A DNA stretch of 63,280 nucleotides, the filler included, from an uncultured Methanosarcinales archaeon (GTDB lineage Archaea; Nanobdellota; Nanobdellia; Woesearchaeales; CAYMBN01), in assembly GCA_964388715.1 (NCBI GenBank). It is 4 parts of 4 records of this genome, joined end to end, with 100 filler letters (N's around TTAATTAATTAA, not from the genome) between each part and the next. Parts side by side here need not be neighbours in the genome. Positions count along the whole stretch, not along the records: positions 1 to 25,677 come from CAYMBN010000014.1; 3 more parts are not named here. One strand, given 5' to 3'. The notes beneath the pieces were generated by a model. The model was not told the DNA's origin. It did not search any database and saw nothing but the letters and a program-made list of their open reading frames with translations. Positions 1 to 9,376 of the stretch are shown in pieces. The position numbers were made by a program, and so were the translations under genes. How positions within the stretch are numbered: the stretch's first letter is position 1; every line of letters starts with the position of its first letter.

Positions 1-2
1 CA

Positions 3-503
3 GGGGTTGAAACACAGGGTGCACCTAAACAATACATTGAATTAAAAGATGAAATTTTTATAACTGGTACAAAAGAAGAGTTCATAATTGCTATTCCCTC
101 AGACAAATTAGAAATAGACTACACAGTTGTCTTCAGAGAACCAATTAGAAAACAACATCACCATATCATTGTTACACCTGAAAGTTTTTTAACAGAATTG
201 TCAGAAGCAAGAACAATTGCTTTTACTGGTATTTGGTCATATTTAACTCATTTATTTTATCCAAACAATAATTTTAATCATGAAAACATTCTAGTAGCTG
301 GAAGATATCTCTATGAAAATAGTCCCAGGTATGTAAAACATGGAGAAACAACAGAAATTGTAAGACACAAGGAAAAAGATTTATTAGGTGCTTTGGCTTT
401 GCTGAAAAAACCACTTAAAGCAAAAATAATTGCATACAAAAGTAGTCATGCAGTGGACTTTAAACTAGACAGAAAAATCAACCAGAACCATAAACCTCTT
501 TAA
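3..503 (+). CDS. lpxC: LpxC-like (UDP-3-O-acyl-GlcNAc deacetylase family) protein, 5'-truncated by window edge
   Basis: Frame is open from base 3 (GVETQGAPKQYIELKDEI...), upstream of the called ORF at 198. LpxC C-terminal motifs appear in order: ELSEARTIAF (cf. SRARTFGF), EIVRHKEKDLLG (HKxxD zinc motif), IIAYKSSHA (cf. AYKSGHA). Confidence 0.8.
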   Translation, partial: GVETQGAPKQYIELKDEIFITGTKEEFIIAIPSDKLEIDYTVVFREPIRKQHHHIIVTPESFLTELSEARTIAFTGIWSYLTHLFYPNNNFNHENILVAGRYLYENSPRYVKHGETTEIVRHKEKDLLGALALLKKPLKAKIIAYKSSHAVDFKLDRKINQNHKPL

Positions 504-1467
504 CCTTACAAACCATCTCAAGATTCTTCAAAGCTTCTTCTCCTGACACCAAAGGTTTTATTTCTTCTATTCCTTTCTTGGGTAATCTTGCCTTAAGTAA
601 TTTTCTTATTGAATATTCACTTAAATCACAGTTAAGATCAAACTCTTTTTGATTTTTAGTTACAGTATTTATATATTTTACAGTTGTAATTGCTTTACCA
701 TCTTCTAACCTATCTTCATAAGTAAACCTATGATCACCAAACTGCCAATACCTTTCACCATTTGTTTTCTTTTCTAACTCAATAGTATTATTGTCAAATT
801 TAATCTCAATTCTTCCAGTATCTTCATCCTCACTAACTTTAACATCCTCTAATCTTAAATTTTCATAACGCTTAGAAGGAAGAAGACTCAAAACATGAGG
901 TAATAAATCAGCAATTACATCAGGATGATTACCATTTGTTTCCCACACAGCATGGAAAGGTAAATTACTATTGATTATATCACCGTAGTTATCTGTTCCA
1001 TAAATATCAATTTCTTCTAATAATTCATGAATCCCAGTTAGCTGTAAATTAACACCAAGAACAACTCCTTTTTCTCTTGCTAAATTAACCATTTCTTCGC
1101 CTTCTTTATAATTTGCAGCTAATGGTTTTTCACAAAGAATCCTTTCAATGTTTTTACTATTTAACAACTCTAAAAAATTCTCATAATGCGCTTCAATTGG
1201 TGAAGCAATAATTGCAATACTTGGTTGATTACTCACAACAGCTCTTTTAAGATCTTGAAATGCTGTTAAAGAAACCTCTATATCTCTATATTTTCCCTTT
1301 ACTTTGAGTTCAACAAGTGCTTCCAAAAAAAGTTTAGAATTAATCCTTGTATATGCAATCTGTTCAGCATTAAGATCACCTTTAACATAAAGATCAAGAA
1401 TCTTATCTAGATGAAAATAACCAATCTTACCTGGTTTTGCTCCTACTACTAATACATTCTCCCCCAT
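478..1467 (-). CDS. Gfo/Idh/MocA-family NAD(P)-dependent oxidoreductase
   Basis: N-terminal Rossmann-like VLVVGA..GKIG, IASP...H, and CEKPLA...EGEEMV motifs. Confidence 0.8.
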   Translation of the reverse strand: MGENVLVVGAKPGKIGYFHLDKILDLYVKGDLNAEQIAYTRINSKLFLEALVELKVKGKYRDIEVSLTAFQDLKRAVVSNQPSIAIIASPIEAHYENFLELLNSKNIERILCEKPLAANYKEGEEMVNLAREKGVVLGVNLQLTGIHELLEEIDIYGTDNYGDIINSNLPFHAVWETNGNHPDVIADLLPHVLSLLPSKRYENLRLEDVKVSEDEDTGRIEIKFDNNTIELEKKTNGERYWQFGDHRFTYEDRLEDGKAITTVKYINTVTKNQKEFDLNCDLSEYSIRKLLKARLPKKGIEEIKPLVSGEEALKNLEMVCKVKEVYGSG

Positions 1468-1567
1468 ATACCTTTAAAAGTAACCTCTATTTTTATATTT
1501 TGCTATCCGATACCATTCTAAAGTAATCAAAAAATTTATAAACTAGAGCATTTTTCTGTTTATTAAG

Positions 1568-2077
1568 ATGACAGAACTAAGTGCTTTTGTACTTGCTTTT
1601 AACAATAATGATCCAGAATACCTTACTGATCTGGATGTATTAATAGAAGCAACACCTGTTGAAGAAAGACATTTTTTCTATAACACAGAAGAATGGGGAA
1701 GCAGAGAATATGAAGGAAAGAAAGATGAGACTTTTGATGGTGAGATAAGTGATTTTCTTGCAAGAGAAATTACAGATAATTATGATATAATTCATTTATA
1801 TGGCGGATTAAAAGCTATGAAAAACTTAATTGATTCTATCCTTAAACAATTTTCTGAATCTGAAAAACAAGAGATCACATTTGGTATTGATCAAAACTTT
1901 TCTTTTGATTTTGAAAGAGTCCCTCCAGACAACCTATTAGAAGCTTATAGATTAAGGGATAGAGATGCAAGAAAATTGATTGAAGAAATGGATTTTTCAA
2001 AATATGGTTTACAAGTAAACTTAAGGACAGAAGATTTAGAATCTCATATGACCTATTTAGATTTCAAAAAAGCATAA
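1568..2077 (+). CDS. hypothetical acidic protein
   Basis: 169-aa ORF after a BRE/TATA (aaaaatttataa, ~1530-1541); no family recognised. Confidence 0.6.
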   Translation: MTELSAFVLAFNNNDPEYLTDLDVLIEATPVEERHFFYNTEEWGSREYEGKKDETFDGEISDFLAREITDNYDIIHLYGGLKAMKNLIDSILKQFSESEKQEITFGIDQNFSFDFERVPPDNLLEAYRLRDRDARKLIEEMDFSKYGLQVNLRTEDLESHMTYLDFKKA

Positions 2078-2087
2078 GGCGGTAAAA

Positions 2088-2855
2088 ATCAAAACCTTAG
2101 CATTAATTCTAGCAGCAGGAGAAGGAACACGAGTTAAAAGATTAACTAGAAACCGTTATTCAAAACCAATGCTCCATGTATTGGATAACAGACTTATTGA
2201 ACACACTCTTGCACAAGTAAAACGTTCTGAATTAGAATATATCTGTGCTTTAGTTGGGGAAAAAAGAAAATTTAATTCATTAAAAAGAAGACTTAAAAAA
2301 AGATATATAACAACAATCCAACAATTATTACCAACTAAAATTGCAAAACAATTTAAGTATCTTGAACTACCTCTTGTTCTTTGGGCACAATACCATTATG
2401 CAAAAGATTCTTCTTTCCTAAAACACTTTGATCACATATTAGTTATTCCAACTGACATGTTTATTGATAGAAGAGAAACAGGATCCATTTACCAAGATTT
2501 AATCCAATTCCACCAAAGAAACAAAGCATTATTTACCATGATGTACACTACTAATGGTCGTGGTAGTTCAGTAGATGATCTTAGACTCTCACCTTATCAA
2601 AGAATCTATTCAATAGATAATATTGGAAAAGGAGAAAAATACTCAGACACTGGTGTTTACATCTTTTCAAGAGAATTCTTTGAAGATCCTCTCAAATTAA
2701 TCCAAGACAATCTTAAAGGGCAACTCTTCAGAAGCAATCCTATCTTTGCTCATTTAATTGATGACATTTGTATTGATTGCGGAACAATTGACAACATAAG
2801 AGAAATCCAATCCCACTTACCAAAAAGAGAAGAGTTATGGACTACTCGAGTATAG
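2088..2855 (+). CDS. sugar-1-phosphate nucleotidyltransferase (NTP_transferase family), probable ATC start
   Basis: In-frame KTLALILAAGEGTRVKRLTRNRYSKPML lies upstream of the called ATG at 2169. Also DTGVYIF and IDCGT motifs. SD-like aggcggt sits 4 nt before ATC 2088. Confidence 0.8.
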   Translation: MKTLALILAAGEGTRVKRLTRNRYSKPMLHVLDNRLIEHTLAQVKRSELEYICALVGEKRKFNSLKRRLKKRYITTIQQLLPTKIAKQFKYLELPLVLWAQYHYAKDSSFLKHFDHILVIPTDMFIDRRETGSIYQDLIQFHQRNKALFTMMYTTNGRGSSVDDLRLSPYQRIYSIDNIGKGEKYSDTGVYIFSREFFEDPLKLIQDNLKGQLFRSNPIFAHLIDDICIDCGTIDNIREIQSHLPKREELWTTRV

Positions 2856-2900
2856 AAAACTTTTTAAAATAATCCAATATTCAAGTTTCAAGGGGGAAAA

Positions 2901-3590
2901 ATGGCACAAGAAGGTACAGGATTATATGGTAAATTAGCAGAGAATTTGAATACGGAATTATTATTAAATTTATACACTCTTCCTGAAAATTTATTGTCTG
3001 CTGGAAAACAAGTATATCATATAATTGATCATTTAGCTGAGGATATTCTTATGAAAATGCCAGAATCAGATATAGGAGCTGCTGTCAAAAACACAATAGA
3101 TGGAATTAGAGCATTCTATTTCACAAAAGATTCTTCTGAATTTGGTCATGAAGAACAAAGTGATGACCCAGCTGCAAGAGATACTTATAAATTATTGCTT
3201 GGATTTGCTTTATTTGCACTTCATTAAAAACTATTCAAAAAACACCCATTATTAGCACTTTCACCAATTGTAACTAGAAGATACGGTCAACATTATCATG
3301 ATGTAAGACATAATATAAGTAATAAACATTTTAGAAGAACAACTACCCCATCTCTACAAGACACATTAAGTAATGTTCACTATTCTTTAAAAGAAACTGG
3401 CAAAGATATGGGCAAAATGCCAGGTAGAGTATTGAATATGTTATATTCTTCATTTACTAATCCACGAAGAACAGCTAAAGAACTTACAGAAGGTGTGGAA
3501 ATAGCAAGAGAGTTTGCAGGAGAGTTCTTACATTTTTTTGTAGAAAATGTAATTGAATCACAAAAAGTACCATTAAATTCAAAAAAATAG
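2901..3590 (+). pseudogene. hypothetical ORF interrupted by a single in-frame TAA (3225-3227)
   Basis: ORFs 2901-3227 and 3408-3590 share a frame, and the intervening 60 codons have no stop (KLFKKHPLLALSPIVTRRYGQH...). Confidence 0.65.
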
Positions 3591-3651
3591 TTTCTCAACA
3601 ACAACAAAAAATATAAACTCCAACATCTTCCTTACTTCTTGGGGTGTTCAG

Positions 3652-4260
3652 ATGAAGATTACTATAAGTGGTACAGCTGGTTCTGGTAAGAATATTACAG
3701 GTGAACTTCTCGCAAAAGAATTAGGATACAAATACTATGACATTGGTGGAGTCAGAAGAGAAATGGCTAAGTCACGTGGTATGTCACTAGCAGAATTCAA
3801 TCAACTTGGTGAAAAAGAATCTTTTACAGACAAAGATGCTGACAAATTCGCAGAAAAAATAGGAAAAGAAAACCCAGACCTTGTCATGACAGGTAGATTA
3901 GCATTCCACTTTATCCCAGATTCAATAAAAATCTTCCTTGACGCAGATCTAAAAGTTAGAGCAGATAGAATTCATAGAAGTTTTAGATCAGAAGAAAACT
4001 TCTCTTCACTTGTTGATGCAATGAGAGTCATAACAGAAAGAGAAATCTCTGACAGAAGACGTTATTCAGACATATATGGTATCAACTGTTACCATCATGG
4101 ACATTATGACATTGTAGTTGACACAACTAACAAATCTCCTGAAGAAGCTGTAAGGGAAATCATGTCCTTCATAAAAAACAAAGACAATGATTTCATCAAA
4201 AAACACGTTGACGCTTGCAAAACCAAAGAAGAGGTTAATGTGTGGAAAGAAGAAGATTAA
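3652..4260 (+). CDS. cmk: cytidylate kinase (archaeal type), paralogue 1
   Basis: MKITISGTAGSGK Walker A; R...RE.SD.RRY..IYGI and YDIVVDTT motifs. Confidence 0.85.
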   Translation: MKITISGTAGSGKNITGELLAKELGYKYYDIGGVRREMAKSRGMSLAEFNQLGEKESFTDKDADKFAEKIGKENPDLVMTGRLAFHFIPDSIKIFLDADLKVRADRIHRSFRSEENFSSLVDAMRVITEREISDRRRYSDIYGINCYHHGHYDIVVDTTNKSPEEAVREIMSFIKNKDNDFIKKHVDACKTKEEVNVWKEED

Positions 4261-4338
4261 ACAATCAAATGCATAATACTTATTCCAACATAAACAATCA
4301 AAAAATATATAAATAAACCACCTTTTTTCTTATTAATC

Positions 4339-5121
4339 ATGGCAAAAGAGAAAATAGAAGCATTAGTAGAAGGAGGGAAAGCTACAGCAGCTCCGCCTCT
4401 AGGCCCTGCACTAGGACCTTTAGGAGTTAATATTGGACAAGTTGTAGCTGAAATCAATAAAAAAACAGCCTCTTTCAAAGGAATGCAAGTACCTGTTACT
4501 GTCACAGTTGATTCTGATACAAAAGCTTTTGAAATTTCTGTAGGTACACCACCTGCTTCTGCACTAATCAAAAAGGAAGCTGGTATTGAAAAAGGTTCAG
4601 GTAATCCAAAAGCAGAAAAAATCGCAGATCTTAAAGTTGAACAAATCATTAAAATCGCAAAGATGAAAGAATCAAACTTACTAGGTAAAACACTTAAAGA
4701 AAAAGTTAAAGAAATTATTGGCACTTGTAACTCAATGGGTGTCATGGTTGAAGGTGTTGGTGCTACTGAAGCAATCAAACAAGTTAACCAAGGTAAATTT
4801 GATGAAGAGATTAGAACAGAAAAAACAGAATTAAGTACAGAAGAATTAAAAGAATTAGAAGAAGAAAAGAAACGTCTTGCAGCTGAAATTGAAAAAAGAA
4901 GAGCAGAATTTGAAAAGACTGCAAAAGAAATTGTTGCTACAATGCAAGGTAAAACAAGAGCAGAAATCAAAGCAAAGATGGTTGAAGCTAAACTACCTGC
5001 ACAAATCATAAAAGAATTCTTACCAGCTGAGGAAGCTGCAGCAGCTCCAGGCGCAGAAGGAGCTAAACCAGCAGAAGGAGCAGCAGCTAAACCAGAAGCA
5101 GCAAAAGAAGAAAAGAAGTAA
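4339..5121 (+). CDS. rpl11: 50S ribosomal protein L11 with ~100-aa C-terminal extension
   Basis: GGKATAAPPLGPALGPLGVN, PPASALIKK and GTCNSMGV motifs. Confidence 0.97.
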   Translation: MAKEKIEALVEGGKATAAPPLGPALGPLGVNIGQVVAEINKKTASFKGMQVPVTVTVDSDTKAFEISVGTPPASALIKKEAGIEKGSGNPKAEKIADLKVEQIIKIAKMKESNLLGKTLKEKVKEIIGTCNSMGVMVEGVGATEAIKQVNQGKFDEEIRTEKTELSTEELKELEEEKKRLAAEIEKRRAEFEKTAKEIVATMQGKTRAEIKAKMVEAKLPAQIIKEFLPAEEAAAAPGAEGAKPAEGAAAKPEAAKEEKK

Positions 5122-5144
5122 TTTTATTCTTTAATTAAAATTTT

Positions 5145-6212
5145 TTACTTAGAACCAAAACCACAAACAGTTATACCATATTTCTCTTGAATTTTATCTA
5201 ATGGCTTTTGTAATAGATCATTTACTTCATCAATTTTCTTTTTATCTGTAACAGGTTGACCATTATAAAAAAGAGATTCTAATACAACAGTAGCTTCTTT
5301 TTTCTCTACTCTATATGCTCCAAGAGAATATCCTTGAGGTAATTCCCAGTTTATATCAGCTACTTCTAATCCAAACATACTTCTGAGATCAGCTCCTAAT
5401 GATAAGATAAACTTTTTCTTTAATTCAGCTTTTTTATCCTTTCCCTTTACATTATGAACAATTTCTCTTAAAATATCATACCCAGAATTATTTTTCAATT
5501 CAAAGTCAAGTTTTATTGCATATTTAATATCAATTTCAAGACCATCATCATTTACAGCTTGAGAAATTAACTTTCCAATATCAACATATCCTTCTTCCAA
5601 TAAATAATTGTATTCTCCTGATTTTGCAAAATCTTCTTTATTAACTCCTTTTACTAATTTAAGAGCTTCATCAATAGATATTTCAATATAATCACCAACT
5701 TTTTTACTAAAATCAGGAAGGCTTATTCCTGCTTCTTTAATTTCATCTAATTCAGCTGGTTCTTCATCTAGTCCTTTACCAACATCTTCATCTGAACCTT
5801 CTGGCTTTTCTGATAAATAACCTTTAAATCCTCTTTCCAAACCAGCTTTAGTTCTACCATCTTTCACAGTATTTAATATACAATCAACAATAGCATACTG
5901 AGGCAGAATTCCTTCTTCTAATGAAAACCTTTTATCAAGAGCAATTGCTTCATCAACTTTCAATTTTTTCCTCTTTTTCTGATTACTATTATTCATAGCA
6001 ACATCAACTAACATATCAAGATAAACCATCTTTGTTTGAGGTCTTTTACCATTTGACCTTATGTATTTACCTGTTGCTTTTGTAACACAAGGGTAATACG
6101 GAGATGACTCATTAGAAAAATAAGCAGGATATATTCCTTTAAATAAACTAACTGCCTCTGATACTTTAATACCAATCCTATCTTCTAGATTTTTATCTTT
6201 AGCTTTTGCCAA
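5145..6212 (-). CDS. hypothetical protein with an internally duplicated ~100-aa domain
   Basis: TTG start with SD. Two similar segments (IKVSEAVSLFKG... / ISIDEALKLVKG...) are separated by an acidic linker. Confidence 0.65.
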   Translation of the reverse strand: MAKAKDKNLEDRIGIKVSEAVSLFKGIYPAYFSNESSPYYPCVTKATGKYIRSNGKRPQTKMVYLDMLVDVAMNNSNQKKRKKLKVDEAIALDKRFSLEEGILPQYAIVDCILNTVKDGRTKAGLERGFKGYLSEKPEGSDEDVGKGLDEEPAELDEIKEAGISLPDFSKKVGDYIEISIDEALKLVKGVNKEDFAKSGEYNYLLEEGYVDIGKLISQAVNDDGLEIDIKYAIKLDFELKNNSGYDILREIVHNVKGKDKKAELKKKFILSLGADLRSMFGLEVADINWELPQGYSLGAYRVEKKEATVVLESLFYNGQPVTDKKKIDEVNDLLQKPLDKIQEKYGITVCGFGSK

Positions 6213-6346
6213 CTTAATTCCCCCTTGTTCTACCTATTAAGAATTTATCATATATAAAGGTTTCGTTTTTATCACTACTTTTAAGTGATAGAAAAATTTA
6301 TAAATAAAACCCAGATTTTATGTATAAAACATGTATAAATAGAAAA

Positions 6347-6490
6347 ATGTCAAAGCAGTTTACAATAACAAAGAAAATAGCAAAACATGGCAAACAATCT
6401 GTTCTTGTCATTCCTACCTGTCTAATGGATGAACTAAAACCAAGATCATTAGTTAAAGTAACAATTGACGTTCTGGAGGAAGGGGAATAA
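6347..6490 (+). CDS. small AbrB/MazE-like (swapped-hairpin) DNA-binding protein, 47 aa, absent from ORF track
   Basis: MSKQFTITKKIAKHGKQSVLVIPTCLMDELKPRSLVKVTIDVLEEGE*. Follows a TATA at ~6297; its stop is 1 nt before the next ATG. Confidence 0.75.
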   Translation: MSKQFTITKKIAKHGKQSVLVIPTCLMDELKPRSLVKVTIDVLEEGE

Positions 6491-6491
6491 G

Positions 6492-7382
6492 ATGGCTAGA
6501 CAGATCACATTTGAAAACTGGCATGAATTCATAAGTTCTAGCTTCTTTATATGTGTCAAAGAATTAGAAGAAAAAATCCAAGAAGATAATAATTTCTTTG
6601 AACAACTTAATGGAATTGAAAGAAATCTATCCAGATATAGACCACAAAAACAAAAACCATTTGGTGATTCAAGAAGTTATATGCCAAGACCACCTAGGGA
6701 TCCTTATGCAAAAAGATTCACGAGAAAAAAAAGTAGTAAACCTGGCATTAAAACTAAAGGAATAGGTTATTTAAGAGCACAAAAACCTGACCAGCCTCAA
6801 TTTAGAGAGTGGGCTTGTGAAAGACAAGTTAGAAAACGTAGGAAGATTAGTAGAAGCAAAATAAGATATAAAGATTCAGTTTCAAAGATTAGAAAAGGAG
6901 ATGCACATGATATTTGTAGAGGGTTAATAAATCTAGATTATAATAAAGAAAGTATTATTAAAGTAATAAAACCTACTAAGGATTGTAAATATGAATGTTC
7001 TCCAAGTTATTACATTTCTGGAAGAGGTAAATGGGAATTACCGGCTGATAAGAAGGAGAGTCTAGAAAAAGAATTCACAGAACATAATTTAAAACAAGAT
7101 GAAATCTGGAATATTTTACCAGACTGGGTCAAATTATGTGTAAGAAAATTATATCATTTAATACCAGCACAACCAACTCAGTATGGAATTAACACAGACA
7201 TTAAAGCTACAATTTTTACATGGAAGTCTTTACCTATAGAACTTAAAAGAAAGTTAGGGGGATCAGAATTAGAAGATTTGTATGGTTTTAATTATAATGA
7301 TGTATGTCAACAAGATTTTAAATTTGAGTTAGATGAAAAATTTATAACGGGTGGTGGAAGAAGTTGGCGGGGATATCGATAA
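6492..7382 (+). CDS. hypothetical basic protein
   Basis: ATG 6492 has an SD (ggaggaagggg) and is coupled to the upstream stop; Arg/Lys-rich central region. Confidence 0.65.
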   Translation: MARQITFENWHEFISSSFFICVKELEEKIQEDNNFFEQLNGIERNLSRYRPQKQKPFGDSRSYMPRPPRDPYAKRFTRKKSSKPGIKTKGIGYLRAQKPDQPQFREWACERQVRKRRKISRSKIRYKDSVSKIRKGDAHDICRGLINLDYNKESIIKVIKPTKDCKYECSPSYYISGRGKWELPADKKESLEKEFTEHNLKQDEIWNILPDWVKLCVRKLYHLIPAQPTQYGINTDIKATIFTWKSLPIELKRKLGGSELEDLYGFNYNDVCQQDFKFELDEKFITGGGRSWRGYR

Positions 7383-7412
7383 AAAGAACTCCAACTAAAC
7401 TTATTAATAAAA

Positions 7413-8219
7413 ATGACAAATAAAAATCCTTTAGAACCAACTAATACATCAGACCAACCAAAAAACCTAATTATTCTAGATTATGAAGGTACAATTGGAG
7501 ATATATTTATTCCAAGAGATCTTGAAACTGGAAAGATATGTATTTCAAAAGATTCAGCTTTTGAACCCCATATGAGGTTTAGACCTGGTGCTGTAGAAGG
7601 TTTAACTAGTTTATCTAAGGATTATAATGTTGTTGTTGCTTCTAGTGCAACCTTAGAATTTCTTTCTCATGGATTAAAATATCTAAAGGACCAAGGAGTT
7701 CAATTTGATAACATATACGATCGATCTCAAGTTATGCCAGATTTAGGTGATATGAATTTAAATTGGTTACTTAAAGATTTATCTACTATTTTCCATGATT
7801 TTAGTATTCCAGATGAGGAAATTGAAAAAAGAGTTATATTTATTAATGATTTACAATGGGAGCATAGTGAAATTGATAAGATTGAAGGAGGAAAATTTAT
7901 TATACAAAGAGGTTGCTATGGAAATCCTTTGCCTTACAATGAAAAAGTTCCTTTAACACTTCTTGTTCCCAATCCTAGAAGACAAGTAGGTCGTAAAGCA
8001 GTAAGGATGGATGTAATTGTTAACACAATCAACCAATTATTTGAACTTGGAAATGGAGATTTTTTAGAAGGTTACAGATTATTTGACAAACAAGGTTTCA
8101 AAAAAGTAGAAACTGACTTATTTACCCAAGCAACACCTGGAGAATTCCTTCACAGATATCTAATTATACAAGGAAGTCATTTCCCAACAGAAGAATATAA
8201 ACGTATTCCAATAAAGTAA
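7413..8219 (+). CDS. HAD-superfamily (NIF/FCP1-like) phosphatase homologue
   Basis: LIILDYEGT (DxDxT variant), FRPGAVEGL..LSKDYNVVVASSA, VIFINDL. Confidence 0.6.
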   Translation: MTNKNPLEPTNTSDQPKNLIILDYEGTIGDIFIPRDLETGKICISKDSAFEPHMRFRPGAVEGLTSLSKDYNVVVASSATLEFLSHGLKYLKDQGVQFDNIYDRSQVMPDLGDMNLNWLLKDLSTIFHDFSIPDEEIEKRVIFINDLQWEHSEIDKIEGGKFIIQRGCYGNPLPYNEKVPLTLLVPNPRRQVGRKAVRMDVIVNTINQLFELGNGDFLEGYRLFDKQGFKKVETDLFTQATPGEFLHRYLIIQGSHFPTEEYKRIPIK

Positions 8220-8220
8220 A

Positions 8221-9291
8221 ATGACAAAAATAAACTACGAACAAGAAATTAATAAGCACACTTTTAATAGTTCACCACAGCTTGGTTACCCTCCAAGATT
8301 ACATTCTAATTTAAGATTAAAAGATATTGAAAAGATTAATTCTTCTGATAAAATAACTGTTTTAGATTCTTTTGAAAGAATGGGTGCCTCTAATTTAGCT
8401 TATAATTGTCTTTTAAGATATCCTTCAGAAAGATTTGTTCTTTTTCATTTGTTTAATATTTATGATCTTCATAAAGCAAAATCTCTCGATTCTCTTAGAA
8501 AATACAACCTAAATAATTGGATTGTTGATAATGATGGTGATTTTGTAAGATCCAAAGGAAAGAACCCAACACTAAAAGAGATTATTGAAGATGGTTGTTA
8601 TGGGGAAAACATTCCTATATTTGTTGAAGAATTTGAATATGGAATTAGTTTATACTGCCCAAGAGAACAAACAAGAATAATTAATTATCTTGCAGAACTT
8701 AGTAAAACACATAAAATAATATTGAGAACACAAACTGAAGGGCCAGTTCTTGCTGAAAGGATACCTAATTCTGAATTATATCCCTTAGGGAGCATAGATT
8801 TAGAAGGTATTAAATTAATATTAGAAGAAAGAACACAAGATAGTAAAGTTAAATTTAATGATACTTTTGCTGAGGCTGCTTCAAGAATAATCATTTCACC
8901 TCAAGAATTAAGTGTTATATGTGAAAAAATAGGGTTTGGAATCTCTTGGAAATTTAGTGAAGGAGAGGGAAAATATCCTTTAACTACAGAAATTGGTAAA
9001 AAACATTTGGAAATTTATGTAAAACATTTAGATATGCAAGCTGTTTCAGATTTGAAATATGGCTGGTGGGAAGGAAAATTAGGAAAATTTAAACAAGATG
9101 AGAACTCTCACCTAATGCACACTAATTTTACTCTTGAGCAGCTTTTTAAACCGAGTGATTTAGAATATTTGGAAAAACTAGGAATGGTTCATAAAGTAGA
9201 TGGAATCTATCAATTTAAATCAAATCTATTTAGAAGAGCTCTATGGAGAATAGATGAAAAACAAATTAAAAATATCATAAAACAGGGTTAA
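8221..9291 (+). CDS. degenerate archaeal/STAND-type AAA+ ATPase-like protein
   Basis: Eroded Walker A (VLDSFERMGASNL), Walker B-like IPIFVEEFE, helical lid segment (PLGSIDLEGIKLIL...SPQELSVIC), wHTH-like C-terminus. Confidence 0.5.
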   Translation: MTKINYEQEINKHTFNSSPQLGYPPRLHSNLRLKDIEKINSSDKITVLDSFERMGASNLAYNCLLRYPSERFVLFHLFNIYDLHKAKSLDSLRKYNLNNWIVDNDGDFVRSKGKNPTLKEIIEDGCYGENIPIFVEEFEYGISLYCPREQTRIINYLAELSKTHKIILRTQTEGPVLAERIPNSELYPLGSIDLEGIKLILEERTQDSKVKFNDTFAEAASRIIISPQELSVICEKIGFGISWKFSEGEGKYPLTTEIGKKHLEIYVKHLDMQAVSDLKYGWWEGKLGKFKQDENSHLMHTNFTLEQLFKPSDLEYLEKLGMVHKVDGIYQFKSNLFRRALWRIDEKQIKNIIKQG

Positions 9292-9376
9292 TCTTACCCA
9301 AACATTTAAAAACCCTTAGTGATTTTCAGGGAATATTAGGGATTTTCCCTTTAATTTAATGGAGGAAATGAAAAAC

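Noticed and set aside
3225..3227. Alternative genetic code suggested by in-frame TAA and TAG stops
   Set aside because: TAA, TAG and TGA all end conserved genes at expected lengths in this window.
4257..5009. Long antisense ORFs (also 13309-13764, 30347-30766, 52060-52575 and many inside the surface genes)
   Set aside because: Shadow frames of well-supported genes, with no motifs or start signals.
9328..9350. Weak hairpin in the cold-shock gene leader as an RNA thermometer
   Set aside because: The stem is short and imperfect and does not cover the SD; it cannot be supported.
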